A stretch of DNA of 49,151 nucleotides, counting the filler, from Basidiobolus ranarum (lineage: Eukaryota): assembly GCA_040143965.1 (NCBI GenBank). It is 2 parts of 2 records of this genome, joined end to end, with 100 filler letters (N's around TTAATTAATTAA, not from the genome) between each part and the next. Parts side by side here need not be neighbours in the genome. Positions count along the whole stretch, not along the records: positions 1 to 24,552 come from JASJQH010000150.1; positions 24,653 to 49,151 come from JASJQH010000151.1. The stretch is one strand, 5' to 3'. Shown here in pieces: positions 11,822-24,691 of this stretch (position 1 is the stretch's first letter; every line of letters starts with the position of its first letter). The notes below the pieces were generated by a model. It was not told where the DNA came from. It saw nothing but the letters and a program-made list of their open reading frames with translations, and ran no database searches. The translations under genes and the position numbers were made by a program.

Positions 11822-12228
11822 TTATTTCAGTGACTTTGATTCTAGCGCTGTGGGATTGAGGCCTGGGGTGGTTAGATGGTACAGTCGAACGGGTGAGATA
11901 GAGCTTATTTCTGGGACTTTGCTTAGATTGTAGAGCTGGTCAGCCGTAAGCTCGGCACTAAATCCACGAAGCACCGTCTGGTAACGATACCGTATGAGCC
12001 CCCCACTCTGAACAACTCCCGCAACGAGTTCATCGATATATTTTTGAGGTGTATCCTCCTTAAATTCCACGATATATGCTATAAAAAACAACCAACTTTT
12101 TAACGAGAACCGATGCTTCGATAAATGAAGTGTTGAATACCTTTCGAAATATCCCCCGAAACCAATGACCATGATATGGATATGAACAGAAGTAAAAAAA
12201 GAAGATATGAATGGTAATTTAGTCGCAT
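11822..12228 (-). CDS. Secreted peptidase inhibitor I9 (subtilisin propeptide-like); exons 12228-12141, 12078-11822
   Basis: YIVEFKEDTP...GGLIRYRYQTVLRGFSAEL is the I9 pattern; 62-nt phase-1 intron adds signal peptide MRLNYHSYLLFLLLFISISWSLVSG. Confidence 0.85.
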
Positions 12229-13177
12229 CGTGAGCTATCACTACAACACACGGAATACGAATCTATGGAATATGCTTATATACCATTACCAGCAATCTAT
12301 TTAGCTACTTAATTTTGATCAATATGCTGTATGTTCGACTTCGCCACTTTCTTCCATAGCCAACTGACCATACAATCTCAAACAAGAATATGGAACACCT
12401 GGATCAAACTTACTAACTTTGCTATCATCAAGAAAGGAACACGAAACTGTTTGATATGGCTAACATACTTGTGTATACCTACATTACTTATTGGCCTTCT
12501 CAGTTGGGATCTCTGCAGAAACCGCCCAGTCCAGAGAAGGTTGCTTTACACCATTCTCAGTGTATAATAACAATACCTCACATAACACTAAATCAATCCC
12601 TCCCAATGCCATAACAGATTGAGATCCGACAAGCTTATCTTTTAGAATGATTTCTGTCCATCCTTTCTCAGATAATCAATACCGCAGTTCAATCAAGGGT
12701 TCTGCTTATACAGGCTCTGCTTATCTAATCTATTGTTTCCGCTCAGACGAAATGAAATTCTTACACGAGAGAAACACTACTGCCACTGGCCGTATTTCAT
12801 CAACTTCCAGGCCCAACCAGACATGGAATCATTGCCTGTGGATGATTTCAATGGGAAATATTATGTGCGATGAAATTCAAGACTGTAGGTGCAACAGTAG
12901 ATATGTGGCTGAACAAATAGTGGCTCAATTTCAGAACTCTCGATATAATAAGGCTACTTGAGCAAAGATTGTTGCCAGACCAGCAAACATCTCCCCATAC
13001 TCTCATCAATTTACCACCTCGATTCCCTAATAAATCTTAATCGATAAATAGAAATTTCTTCGAGTCCATATTTTTAAGTGTATGTCCAAGATTTCCGCAG
13101 TAAATGCAATGGTTTTAAAAGCACTGATAATTTTTAAGCTTGACTTGAAGAGACTTTTTCGAATCAAATTATTCTTG

Positions 13178-13711
13178 ATGGGTTTGGAAAGCTCACTAAG
13201 CTACACACACCATGTCATTCGTCATAGTTCCCTTGAACCTTTAGAACTGGAAAGACTTGTCCAATTCTCGACACTATTATTTACCGAGGAGACTGGGGAA
13301 GCAACGAATAGTCCATACTCTTGTGCAAAAGAGTGGACACATAGATTGGAGCTTAGAAAGGGGTCCATTCACTATTTAAAAAATTCTCAAGAGGAGATAT
13401 TAGGCTTTGCTTTTACCCACCACAAAGCCATACCCAATATACTGGGGGAGAAAATCCAAGAGGGTTCAAGTTCTGTAGAAGTGAACGGATCAAGCATCCA
13501 CATCTGGCTATCTGGAGTAAAAGCCCAATATCGAAGGTACGGCTTAATGAGTGTTTTGGAACGACATATAATGGAGGAGATGAGGAAAGGCTCATTGTTA
13601 ACCGTTAACACCTATCCAGATACCTTTCCTGGGATGGCAAAATGGGTATCACGTCAGGGATATCATTATTTCGATAGTGCAGGAAAGCGTCATTGTTGGA
13701 AATGCATTTAG
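13178..13711 (+). CDS. GNAT-family acetyltransferase
   Basis: Motif A HIWLSGVKAQYRRYGLMSVL, then LTVNTYPDTFPGMAKWVSRQGY; start at ATG 13178 inferred (ORF opens 13082). Confidence 0.8.
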   Translation: MGLESSLSYTHHVIRHSSLEPLELERLVQFSTLLFTEETGEATNSPYSCAKEWTHRLELRKGSIHYLKNSQEEILGFAFTHHKAIPNILGEKIQEGSSSVEVNGSSIHIWLSGVKAQYRRYGLMSVLERHIMEEMRKGSLLTVNTYPDTFPGMAKWVSRQGYHYFDSAGKRHCWKCI

Positions 13712-15944
13712 CTTGGAATTTTCACCAACCTTCGTATACGATGAATACGTTGATTTATTCAATCATTGCTAGATGGTTGTGATTAGCAATTAAAGCATAT
13801 ATACATTATTTGCTAACGTCCATAGAATTCCCCAGTAATAATTCACTGTACTACCATGGATAGTTCATTTATGTAATTCTGAGGTCAGTTTGAAGTCGGC
13901 TGTGCATATATTTTAATGAAATGGAATTCCTAATCATTTCAATAGCCGTGGATGAACGCTTACAATCGGTGCAGTTATGAATGACAGTTACCCTACTAAA
14001 AGTTTGGTAAATTGATCTACATAGGCTAGGAATGTAAGGAGTACAATATTTTACTCGCCCGCCAATCTAGCCCACATGGTGGTCTCGGTTCAAAGTATAC
14101 TAAGCAAAATCTCCTGTCACACTAGTCTACAGATCTCGTACATTGAACCTTTGGAGGGCAAACACCTAGCATCGCCATATCTCCTTCAACAAAAACTACT
14201 TCAGAGTATTGGTATCTACAGAAGCTAATGAAAGCGCAAGAGGCACTCTACTAGTCACGACTTTTGCCTATTACGTCAATCAGGATTGTTTGCTTTTTGA
14301 CGAGTGATTTGGATGGGAAATAACATGCTTTCTAGTAGTATCCAATTGAATTGAAGGAAGAAGTGACTAGTTTAGAAAGATATGCATTTAGGTTGATTTC
14401 ACTCGCTCTCCAGCAACCAGTAGTCATTCTGCATTAAGGAGTTTCACTTGTGTACTCCCACCACCCCCTGTGTTCCCACGGGATTAGCTGTCAACTCGCA
14501 TTTGAATTACCATCTGAGAGGTTGTGGATATGTATTTCTTAGTTGGGATGAAAATTAGACATACTTGGCATGAGGGATTTACAACAGGCCTTATATACGT
14601 ATCTGAGCATTTTCAAAGACTTACACGCTAGAACACGCGACTTGAAACAGAGAGCTCTGACGCTTCTGTTCTCTTCATCCGCAACCCATGAGCCTTGGTA
14701 AACTGGAGGCTTGAAAAGGTGCTCTTACCCTGCTCACTTGATTGATTTGTCGCAACCCCCGAACTTTGAGCTTTGTCTGTAAACCTCACCCCAGCACACT
14801 TGAAAGTGTTCCACGCGGTACCTGGAATTTGGCCAGAAAGGTGACAGCAAGCAAGCTAGTATGGCTGTCAAAACTCCAATCATAGCTATTGTGAAGTGAA
14901 ACCTTAGTCAAATATGTCCAACACTATTTCCCATGGAGACCTTTTTCCAAGCTGTCAGATTCAGAGTTTCGCTAATGCCCAAATTAAGGGAAAGTCTCAG
15001 TGGCTGGATATTGCAGAACAATGATTATGACCACATTGTGGCAGTGAAGGCATTTGAATTGAGGCAGATTCCCATAACAATGTTACACATGGATGTGAAC
15101 ACTTGACAGCACCAAAAAGGGCATTGAATACAGATCTCAAAGCAAACTCAATCATTCAAAGGTCGAACAGGTGAGTTCAAACTCTTTGACCACTAGTAAA
15201 AAAGGATCCACTCTGCACACTCGCCAGAGCATATACTGCACCTACTTCTTTTCCTACATTAATCGATAGCGAACGCACGAGCCGATACCATCATATAGTA
15301 CGCACATCGCTAACCTTTCGAGGTGCCAAATCCTAGGCCACTATTCATGACGCCACAGTTGCTGAAAATGACTATTAAGGAACTAACAGGGCTTACGAGT
15401 GTAGGGCATTCTGGAATGAAGGATTTGATATACTAAGGGAGTCAGCCAGCCACATGGAAAATAGAATCCTGTTTGCAAGTGGCAGTTTCCAAATTAAGCT
15501 CCGCAACTTTGTAACGGTTTTCACCGTATCCTGAGAGCTATAGATCTTCCCACGTTTTCACAGCCCCACTCACTCATTTGCACAAACTTGATGGGTTGTA
15601 TCAATAGTTTGGCTGTTTCGACTCTAATGATGTTATTTGAAATGCTCGCATCATTAGTCATATTCATCTTCACGCTTTAAGTACCATTGAATCCATACCA
15701 ACCAATAATGTATTAGCTTACAAGCAGTGTATAAAAACTGGGCTATTCTTACTGAATCTGTACTTGCATTCATACATTTAGGATAAAAATCTAGTTCGTT
15801 TGACCGGATATTTTCTCTTTTTTTTAACTTGCAATTCGTCCGTATCTTTATTTGATTTTTAGTCTCGTTTAATTCTCTTATATCTTTCACTTTCACCTTG
15901 GCAATCCTCTACGTTCGTCCTTTCATCCCTGTCGATATACAATA

Positions 15945-17024
15945 ATGTCTATTGCCGCTGAGTCCGTTTCTATCTCTCCTGTTTCTCTTGGTGAAGAAAA
16001 GTCTGGTACCAAAAAGTATGGAGTTTCAGATTCTTCAGATTAAACCACTTTCCTTTTAACACGTTACTGCTTTTAGGCTCGTTCTAAAATTATTCAATGG
16101 AGCTATTGCTGGTGTTGTCGGAACTTTAATTATCTATCCTTTAGATATGGTCAAAACTCGTCTTCAAAATCAGAAGATGGATGCTTCAGGAAATTTCCGC
16201 TACAAAGGAGGGTATGTTGTTAGTGTGTATACGTGTGGGACGCGCAGAGAGTTTCCAAAATTATTTTTATACTGATGAAGGTTTTTTTCTTGAATAGTGT
16301 TCATTGTTTCAAATCCATTATTCAGGCCGAAGGGGCTCGTGGCTTGTACCGCGGTCTTGTACCCAATCTTATTGGTATTACTCCTGAGAAAGCTATCAAG
16401 CTTGCTGTGAACGATTATGCTCGTGAATATTTAGCAAAAACGAAGAATGTCGATCCAGAACATCTCCCCATCCACTTGGGTATGGTAGCTGGTGCTACAG
16501 CTGGTTTCTGTCAAGTGATTGCTACCAATCCTATGGAAATTGTTAAAATTCAAATGCAAGTTGCTGGTGCTGAGTTAAAGCCTGGGCAACCCAGACCTAC
16601 CGCACTTCAAGTGGTTCAAAAATTGGGATTAAAAGGCATGTATAAGGGAACTCCAGCTACTTTACTTAGAGATGTACCCTTCTCTATCCTCTTCTTCCCC
16701 TCCCATGCTTACTTGAAGACGCTATGCGCTGATTCAAACGGCAATGTGTCCTTCCCGGCTGTATTCGGTTCCGGAATTGTGGCGGGTATCTTTGCTGCTG
16801 GTGCAGTTACTCCTGCTGATGTAGTAAAAACTCGCCTTCAAGTCGCTGCAAAGCCCGGAGAGCCAGTTTATCGTGGTTTCGCGCACTGCTTCAAAGAAAT
16901 CGTTCGCAATGAGGGACCTTCAGCATTGTTCAAGGGCGTTGTACCCCGTTGTATGATTGTATCACCACTATTTGGTTTCGCATTGCTTACCTATGAAGCT
17001 CAACAACGGTACTTGAAGCTATAA
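15945..17024 (+). CDS. Mitochondrial carrier, glutamate or aspartate-glutamate carrier type without EF-hand extension; exons 15945-16015, 16077-16211, 16298-17024
   Basis: Three carrier signatures PLDMVKTRLQ, PMEIVKIQMQ, PADVVKTRLQ; NLIGITPEKAIKLAVND and LLRDVPFS typical of GC/AGC carriers. Confidence 0.92.
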
Positions 17025-18020
17025 GTGTTTTTCCCAGTTCGAAGCATCCTCTTGATTGATTCTGCCAGAAGCCAATATAGCATTTAGTGATTCTTTATTT
17101 AGCATCCATTCTCTTCATCTACTTTATTTCTCGAACCGAATATTTCCATTTAGTACCGGGTTTTATATGTTTCGAGATTTAGGTGGATTTGGATAACATT
17201 TAGTCTCACTTTTGTTACTAAACACCCATCTCATTCCCACCCAAGACTTCTTCCAAGTACTGCTCATATTCTCCTTTCACCCTTCACCAAGTACATATAC
17301 CTATTCAAGCCTTTGTTTCTAATTCATTCACTAATACAAAATATAAACTTATATCACGCTATCACCTATCTCAATCCTATTGCCGAATTTAGTTGGAACC
17401 AGACACTTCTGAATTACTCTCAGATAAGCCCAATTATAGAATGCAGAAATGACCATTATTGAATCAACATGCATCTGAATCTAAATGATTGGAGGGTTCA
17501 TTGCATACCCCTAATTTTATCCATATCTATTTCCATATATGTCCATAGAGTGAATTTCTTACTCCATGACCTGAACGATGATTACCGAAATATTATTTTA
17601 GAGCTTCTTATGATCATTGGCGGTTATATCTCTTAGTGATGGGTAGTAATATATGTAGTGCTCGTAATACACTAATTGAATCTTGATCATGATGGACGGG
17701 TTAATAATCAACATAGTCGGTGTTGATGTATCTGGAGATTATCAAAGATGTAAGCATACCCTTAGGATCTCATTAGTCGCAAATTTCCGTAGGAATAGTA
17801 GCAAATATGTATAACTATATATGTATTGTCATACCTCTCCATCTAGACTAACTAATATTCAATGGGTACACTATGGGGAGTTGAATGGATTTCTACTTTC
17901 ATTTATTCTAGTTAAAAGAGGGTTAAGGATGCATATATGTCGAGTAACGTATGCAATGAAATCGAAATTCAACGACCATACTTCAACGATTAAGTGGATT
18001 CTTTACCAGAAAGGAATTTA

Positions 18021-18963
18021 TTAAACTGAGATAGCGGTGATGTCTTGTTTCACCGCCGAAGAAGCCTGTAGATTAGGGTGATTCGAGGAATATGCCGGAT
18101 GATGATTGATTCGGACAATGGTAGTATGGTTAGAATCAGATTCATGTGTATACAAGTCCTTTCTTCTCAAACGGTAAGAAGTGTGACATTGCTGGGTGGT
18201 AAGTAAGGACATGATTATCCCTATAGATATTATGCAAACGTTAGTGAGAAATATGCTGTAAATCCTCTCGATCTACCAGAATTCACTTACACCAGCCATG
18301 TAGTAAAATCCCCGATTGAATGACTTTAAGAATTTGTAGAATCAGTACTATCACTGTGACTAAGGTAATCAATATCAAAATGATTATTCCATCTCGAATA
18401 AATACTTTAAATATTGGGAAGGAGTTCACTTTGGCTTGTTTGTACATCGAAATAATCACCATGGAAGCTAAAAAAATCACTACACATGTACTATTGGATA
18501 ACAAGATAATAACGTAAAAATCTTCAGTGATCCAAGAACAATTTCCTGGGAAATTGGCGAAGATATCCCGTGTGTTCATAAGCATGAATATTTCCACCAC
18601 TAAGTGGATGATTTGTGAGAATCCGAACAATCCCTTAATGAGCCGAATATGCCGGTTTATACACAAGGACTTTAAAAATACAAGGGTCAACAACAAAGTT
18701 ACCGAAGAAAACGCCATAATATTGTAGGAGTAAAAGTAGATTAGGCAACTGAATTGGTGGCCGAAGACTCGTATTCCAAGATTCATCAACCCTGTGCAGA
18801 GTAACAGGGAGGTTTGTATCAAATTGATCTTATAGATCACTGCTTGGTCTTTTAATACCATCCGTATGGAATGATATACATCCTGGATTACTAGAGGAAA
18901 GGTAAAGGTGACGAGGAGTAGCTCTACGAAAGCGTTTAATTTCGGCTGAGTGTCTAGGTTCAT
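18021..18963 (-). CDS. Seven-TM GPCR-like membrane protein, copy 1; exons 18963-18291, 18220-18021
   Basis: About seven hydrophobic segments, Cys before TM3 and in loop before TM5, FIRDG motif; 70-nt GTAAGT..TAG intron splits a Trp codon and joins ORF 18021-18212. Confidence 0.75.
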
Positions 18964-19962
18964 GTTGACGCAATTGTAGACCGTTGAGGAGATTTTATAA
19001 GATACGTCTTTTAGCAATGGTTCATTTACGTTAAAGTGAGCAAAAAATATTTAAGACGAAGGATCTAGAGTTGATTAATTCAAGGTGTCAAGTTGAGTAT
19101 ATCGGATCTATGTACAATGTTCTGAAGATACAAGCAAGGTGTAGTTAAGGAGTAAAGGATTATCTGAGGAATACCGATAGTGCACAGCCAAGAAATAAGA
19201 GAGCACCTCTATCAACCGAGTCATATGCGATGGAGAAGACTCAAAAGATCGCAGAGATGGCCATGTCACAGTGATCCATCATGCTTTGTGAGGCATTGCT
19301 GGGAAGACATCCAACAAAGCTCGTAAGCTGCATCAAATATTACAAAACTTAATGAATAACTGCTCAATGGTATTCGCTGTCTCTATTCAAGGCATGAATA
19401 TCGTTTGGGACCAAGTCTTAGTACTATAGTATGCACGATCTATTGCTTGATTTGTGTATAGCTGTGAAAGTCAATAGTGATTCATGTCGACTATCATGCA
19501 TTTTCCCTAAGAAATACTACATCTTATCTACTGTGCAACATCTGGTTAGGTTCAAACATATGCTTGTATTTCGCGATAGAGGCCGTCACATGAGGTGAAT
19601 AAGTCAACATTAAGCCAGTGATACATACCACAATCATGCTTGGTTCCTCATACGTACAAATCCAAGTGCTGGATGTCAACCAATCACATGGAGAACGGTT
19701 GGCTCCGATTCAACTCATACCACAGTGAAGCCAGTAGAAAGCGAGTAAGAGTCAAAGTTCTGCAAATCAATGGACTATTGGCCTCCAATTTGAAGTTGTA
19801 TATCCCCATTCACCAATACTCTTTATACTTTGTCATTGGCGAATATTCCGGTCACAAAACATCGCCACGCACCGTTCTAAGTGATCCTTTAGCCAATGAT
19901 GTAATCTGTATTTATATGCTGGCTGCCATCTATAGTCCTCGATATACACATACTTCATAAAG

Positions 19963-20133
19963 TGTCGAAAATGATAGAGTTAGAAACTAGTGGGTGCAGG
20001 TATGATTTTGGTAAGTTCTAGTCGCTGAAGGTGTATTGCGGTGGAAAGCTTAGTAGGCTCTATAGGCTTATATCTAGCTGCTACCCTAGCCCTAGGCTTT
20101 TACATAGTTTACAATCCACACTAGTATCAGAGT
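19963..20133 (+). mobile_element. Possible degenerate short LTR followed by primer-binding site
   Basis: TGTCGA at 19963 ... TCCACA ending 20120, then TAGTATCAGAGT (20122-20133), two transitions from the tRNA-iMet PBS TGGTATCAGAGC. No second LTR or TSD seen. Confidence 0.3.
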
Positions 20134-21021
20134 GTTGTGTTCAAGATAAAAGGGACAAAATTCTCATTAACACAGATCATGTATTATTTCCTACAATATC
20201 AACAGGGGCAGAGTTGCTGCAGAGTCTGTACTAAAGATTAATATAGTTAGCAGCTACTACATTTGATCTGACCACTGGTTTTCAAAACTGATGTTATCAA
20301 AGTGCTTTACCCCTGTTATATAGCAGAATATCCATGACTAGAGTTATCTAAATGGTATCCGGACTTGTAGCATAACGTGGGCTACTAATCACCTGCCGTT
20401 ATCTGTATAGCAGCCCCTATTAAAGCAATAGATCGTCAGTCACTAGGGACAGTACAGGATCTTCAATGAGAGTCATGCTGCAATGGTTTGACCAAATACC
20501 AGTATAACCTAATAAGGTGTCAGAAGCTTCTGAACATCTAGCTCAAATAGGAAGCGGTGATGATCGACATCTCTGACACAAGTACAACAGATATAATTGG
20601 CTTCTCTTCATGCACACCAGTCCACCTATAAAAGAAAATCACCAGCTGCATGCTTCTTTTTGAAGGAACTTGCCGCAAGAGTGGGTTTAATTGTACCAAG
20701 GGTAAAAATGGTCTTAACGTACAAGTGCCATCTGTCTTTAACAGAAAAGATGCTGAGTTGATAGGAGGTTGCCCCATCCAAGTGAAGTATATAGCGTTTC
20801 ACGAGTTAAGATTGAATTTTCCGGTATTCCTGGGATTTCGACATCGCTAACAATGGAAACAATTACGTATACATGAGATTTCAAATTTATTCCTAATACT
20901 CTAGTTCATATAGTGTGACAAGACCAAATCAAACAAATGCCTCAGTCTTGATGCAATTACACAAGAATTCCGAGAACATATAAATACGTAGTTGGGTTAG
21001 GGTTGTTAGGGTTAAGACGCT

Positions 21022-21960
21022 TTAAGGTTCACCAATGAATGATTCCGGGAAATAAGGCTTAAAGAAATCTTCATACTTTCTGTTAACGCACATACCTCCG
21101 CCGGTAGGCCCAATATGAGGACAATGGAAGCCAGGTCTGTAAGGAATCATGTTGACATGAATCACTCGGCATAGAACGTTGTTCCCTCCCATCTCATCTG
21201 GATTACCCAAAGGAACACTATTTAGCAAGAAATCCATACAATGTTGAATACTGTCATATTGCTGATCCGCATTCAGACAATATTTGTCGTGCGATTCGCA
21301 GATTCCTTGGGCTACGAATTTTTGTACCATGCCTGGAAGTTTCTCAGGGGTGACTTCCGAGCGCGGAACCTTTAAAGAGTCCGCAATCAAAGGAGCTATT
21401 TGTGGTAAGAAACTACGGAAAGCTAAAGACCATCGACGAAACACAGCATCGTATTGTGCGATTTCACCCTTCTCGTTGAATCTCAACCAAACGTCTACCT
21501 GAACGGGTAGGTGAATACCAGTGGCTTCGTGCACAAAGTCAATGATAACACTTGTTGATGCCACTTCCCCTGTCACTGCAAACTCGAAGATACTGTAGCT
21601 CTTGGGGACGCCCAATATAGTAGGTACGTTGGAAGCGGTAGCAAGGTTGGAGAACAAACCGAATAGATATTCGATGTTTTCCTCCAGATCATTAAAAGTC
21701 CAGGTAATATCGACGCGTCCTCGAACATCAGAGGACAAAATACCTGGAGCTTTGCCGCTCTTGGCTATTACAGTGTTGTTGGGATACATGAAGTTCTGGA
21801 AGAGCCTATTGACGTAGCCAAGCTTGGTTGCATAATTCTCTTTGGAATGATGCTTGTTAGCATCAAGTCTGACAGATACCTCTTGATCATGGCCGTTGGT
21901 CTCCTGACCAAAAACTACGGAGATACTGAAAAGAGAGATGAGCACTGCGGCAAGCTTCAT
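21022..21960 (-). CDS. Secreted protein with NTF2/SnoaL-like region and Cys/His-rich C-terminal domain, function unknown
   Basis: Signal peptide MKLAAVLISLFSISVVFG; WLRFNEKGEIAQYD; CESHDKYC..QYDSIQHC..CRVIH..HCPHIGPTGGGMC. Fold call is inference. Confidence 0.75.
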   Translation of the reverse strand: MKLAAVLISLFSISVVFGQETNGHDQEVSVRLDANKHHSKENYATKLGYVNRLFQNFMYPNNTVIAKSGKAPGILSSDVRGRVDITWTFNDLEENIEYLFGLFSNLATASNVPTILGVPKSYSIFEFAVTGEVASTSVIIDFVHEATGIHLPVQVDVWLRFNEKGEIAQYDAVFRRWSLAFRSFLPQIAPLIADSLKVPRSEVTPEKLPGMVQKFVAQGICESHDKYCLNADQQYDSIQHCMDFLLNSVPLGNPDEMGGNNVLCRVIHVNMIPYRPGFHCPHIGPTGGGMCVNRKYEDFFKPYFPESFIGEP

Positions 21961-23954
21961 GATCAATAGATAGATGCTTTTCTTAGAACTGAGAGTATGA
22001 AAATCCCTCTATGGGCTCAGAGGGTTTTATATTGTTTTTCCGTTTCAAACCATAACTGGGAATATGCAGATGCCAGGTTTGAGAGGTTTGTAGCATACAT
22101 CCAATGATCCTCACTAGTTACAGTTAGCGGTCTTGAAACAAATAGTCCGCGAGCACCTTGTACCAATTTCAAGTATCGGGTAAGGAGTATCAACTCACAG
22201 TAACACATTCGAAATACTCCTTATCACTCATGCATCAAGTTCGTCAAGTTTGAGGGGGTAAAAGGGCTTGATAGAATCTAGAGCACCCAGTATATTGATC
22301 CGGTATTATCTCAGAAGACCTGCGCTGTAGTTTAGGTAGCAACCAGCTTATTTTACACTTCGAACCCCATATCTGGATTTTCCGTACATGCGGCTAAATT
22401 TGCGCACTCACTTACCTTTCTGGTGATTGGGGCCCCTTGTTGTGAGGGATTTTAGAAGATGATCAAGTGTCTTGGATTTGCTTTAGAGTACACTATGCCC
22501 TCATGAGGTTTTCCGGTGCATCCGACATGCGTGTTACTCAAGTACAATTCGTATGATTAAAATCAAGTTATCCTCGCCATGTAGGATCCTTGAAAACTCT
22601 ACGCAGCGGTGCAAGCATTCAATTTCTTGGCTGAGTTGTTTCAATCAGCAACGTGAATAGAGCGGATAGCAAGTTACCAATCGATCTACCAAGATACCAT
22701 GGACTCGGCATGCTCTGGGTACTTTGAATTTACCGTGGTAGGATTTACATCGTGTATGCACTTGAAGATTCCTGTAAATTGAGAAATTCACGATCAGAAG
22801 ATACATCTATCAATCACTTAGTACCAATGTTTGTATTGCTTTACAGTGCCTTCCCTGTGCTTTATCTTTTATCATAGTGATATTGGATTGATTATGAAGG
22901 GGCTTGTATAAATACTGCTTGGATGTCAAAGGAAGGGATAGCACCCATACTCCAGTTCTTTGTAATAGGTGGTGGATATAATACTTCAAAATTGTAAAAT
23001 CAGTTTTCCAGTTAAATTGTAATGACTTCATCCTGTTTCTGATTGTTTTGGGTTGGACTTGTTTCCCCTAGCCTCAGATTGTATTGTAAGTAGAAGCAGA
23101 GTAAGTATTTTGAAGTGTATACTGGACAATTTAGTGTTGATCTCTATGTGGCTTGCTGACAGCAAGTCTATATTACCACAACATATTCTCAAGGTCCAAA
23201 AGCCACCAACTTAATTAAGCAATTCTATTCTAACAGTTGGTTTTGATGAAAAATCCAAACAGCTAACTAAAATGCTTTTATATCATGATTAGTATGCTCA
23301 TTGCTTACTACCTAATAACTTTTATTGGGTTCATGAGAGTAATGATAAAAGGTTTTGAACTTTGTGAATCAAAGAAACAATCAATTGCATATCATACAGT
23401 TAGTCAACCAGGAGATGTTAACAAAGCAGACCTAGACCAATGTATACTAGGGTTTGAGTAGACATACAAGTAAACTTAAATTTCTCACATACATTTTTAA
23501 ATTGTAAAGTTTTTGCAAAAATACCTTTGTAGCTGGCATTTTGATTGGTTTACTGCTTGATGAATTCAAATAAGCTAGTATGCCTTTATTTATCCATTTT
23601 TGGCTACATGTTCCAGCTATGGTACAAATAAAAAAAAACTAGCATCTCATTATGTGTGGTCTCTATTGGGAAAATATGGGCTGTTTGGAGGAACTTTGGA
23701 AAAGTGGAGTTGTGAATAGCTTTGTGAGATAACTATTTATTGTCCAGAAATAAAGCATTTATACATTTTGGTAGAAATACAGAAAACTAACCCTGGGGTT
23801 GCATTCAGAACATCTGTGGGAATAAAATGAGCTATCTTTGGGGCAATTTGGACGAGTTTGAAATTTCCAATATGGAATTGCTAATTCTCACATTATTTGC
23901 ATATATATATAGTATATGTTCCAATTTTCAGCTAAGTATAATTTAACTAAGTAA

Positions 23955-24552
23955 TGTTAACTAACTTATATGTGATATATGAAGTAGTTAGGTGTATAAA
24001 GATAGAGATAATTAATTTGATAAAGACAATAAACTTCAACATTCCCACTCACCTATGTATTCATATATCTTAATCCTAACTCAAATCCTAATTCTTCAAA
24101 TTTTGGCTTGGGTAATGGTTTGGTAAGGATGTCAGCAAGCATGTCCTCAGTTGGACAGTACTCTAGTTGGATGTGCTTATTCTCAATAGCTTCCCTAACA
24201 AAGTGATGTTGAATATGAATGTGCTTACTTCTAGCATGAGATTTGGGATTTTTAGCTAAAAAAATACAACTTGGATTATCCTTGAAAATTATGGTGGGTG
24301 AACTTTGAAAAATGCCCAAGTCTTTGAGCAGTTTCCTTAACCACATAGCCTCCTTTGTTGTATGTGATGCTGCCATATATTCTGCTTCAGTTGTTGAAAG
24401 TGCTATGGTGGGTTGTTTCTTGCTATTCCAAGATATGGCTACTTCACTATAGAGAAAGGTATATCCAGTGATAGATCTTCTGTCCTCAATATCACATCCC
24501 CAATCTGCATCACTAAACCCAATTAGATCCTTATTCTCATAAGAATATGTGT
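23955..24552 (-). mobile_element. Ty1/copia retrotransposon 3' end: RNase H, polypurine tract and start of 3' LTR; truncated by gap
   Basis: Open frame from the gap to 24053: GFSDADWG, DRRSITGY, ISWNSKKQPTIALSTTEAEY, HARSKHI, MLADILTKPL; PPT AGGTGAGTGGGAA 24054-24042 directly followed by TGTTGAAG at 24041. Distal LTR boundary (23955) is a guess. Confidence 0.93.
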
Positions 24553-24652
24553 NNNNNNNNNNNNNNNNNNNNNNNNNNNNNNNNNNNNNNNNNNNNTTAA
24601 TTAATTAANNNNNNNNNNNNNNNNNNNNNNNNNNNNNNNNNNNNNNNNNNNN
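24553..24652. other. Assembly gap with artificial six-frame stop linker
   Basis: 44 N + TTAATTAATTAA + 44 N = exactly 100 nt. Confidence 0.97.
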
Positions 24653-24691
24653 TAGTTCCCCTAGTGTATATAATAATCAGTGTAATTTCAG

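Noticed and set aside
14000-15600. Coding-looking fragments (HIVAVKAF, RILF..FQIKL) suggesting a kinase relic
   Set aside because: Short, in broken frames, with no HRD/DFG; cannot be supported without a search.
21284-21817. Antisense ORFs over real genes (also 18320-18727, 24677-25243, 27822-28061, 35308-35511, 41073-41501, 46185-46799)
   Set aside because: Shadow ORFs of genes on the opposite strand.
22793-24552. Classical RIP as the cause of the composition shift
   Set aside because: CpA/TpG remain plentiful and the RNase H frame is open; the loss is CpG-specific.
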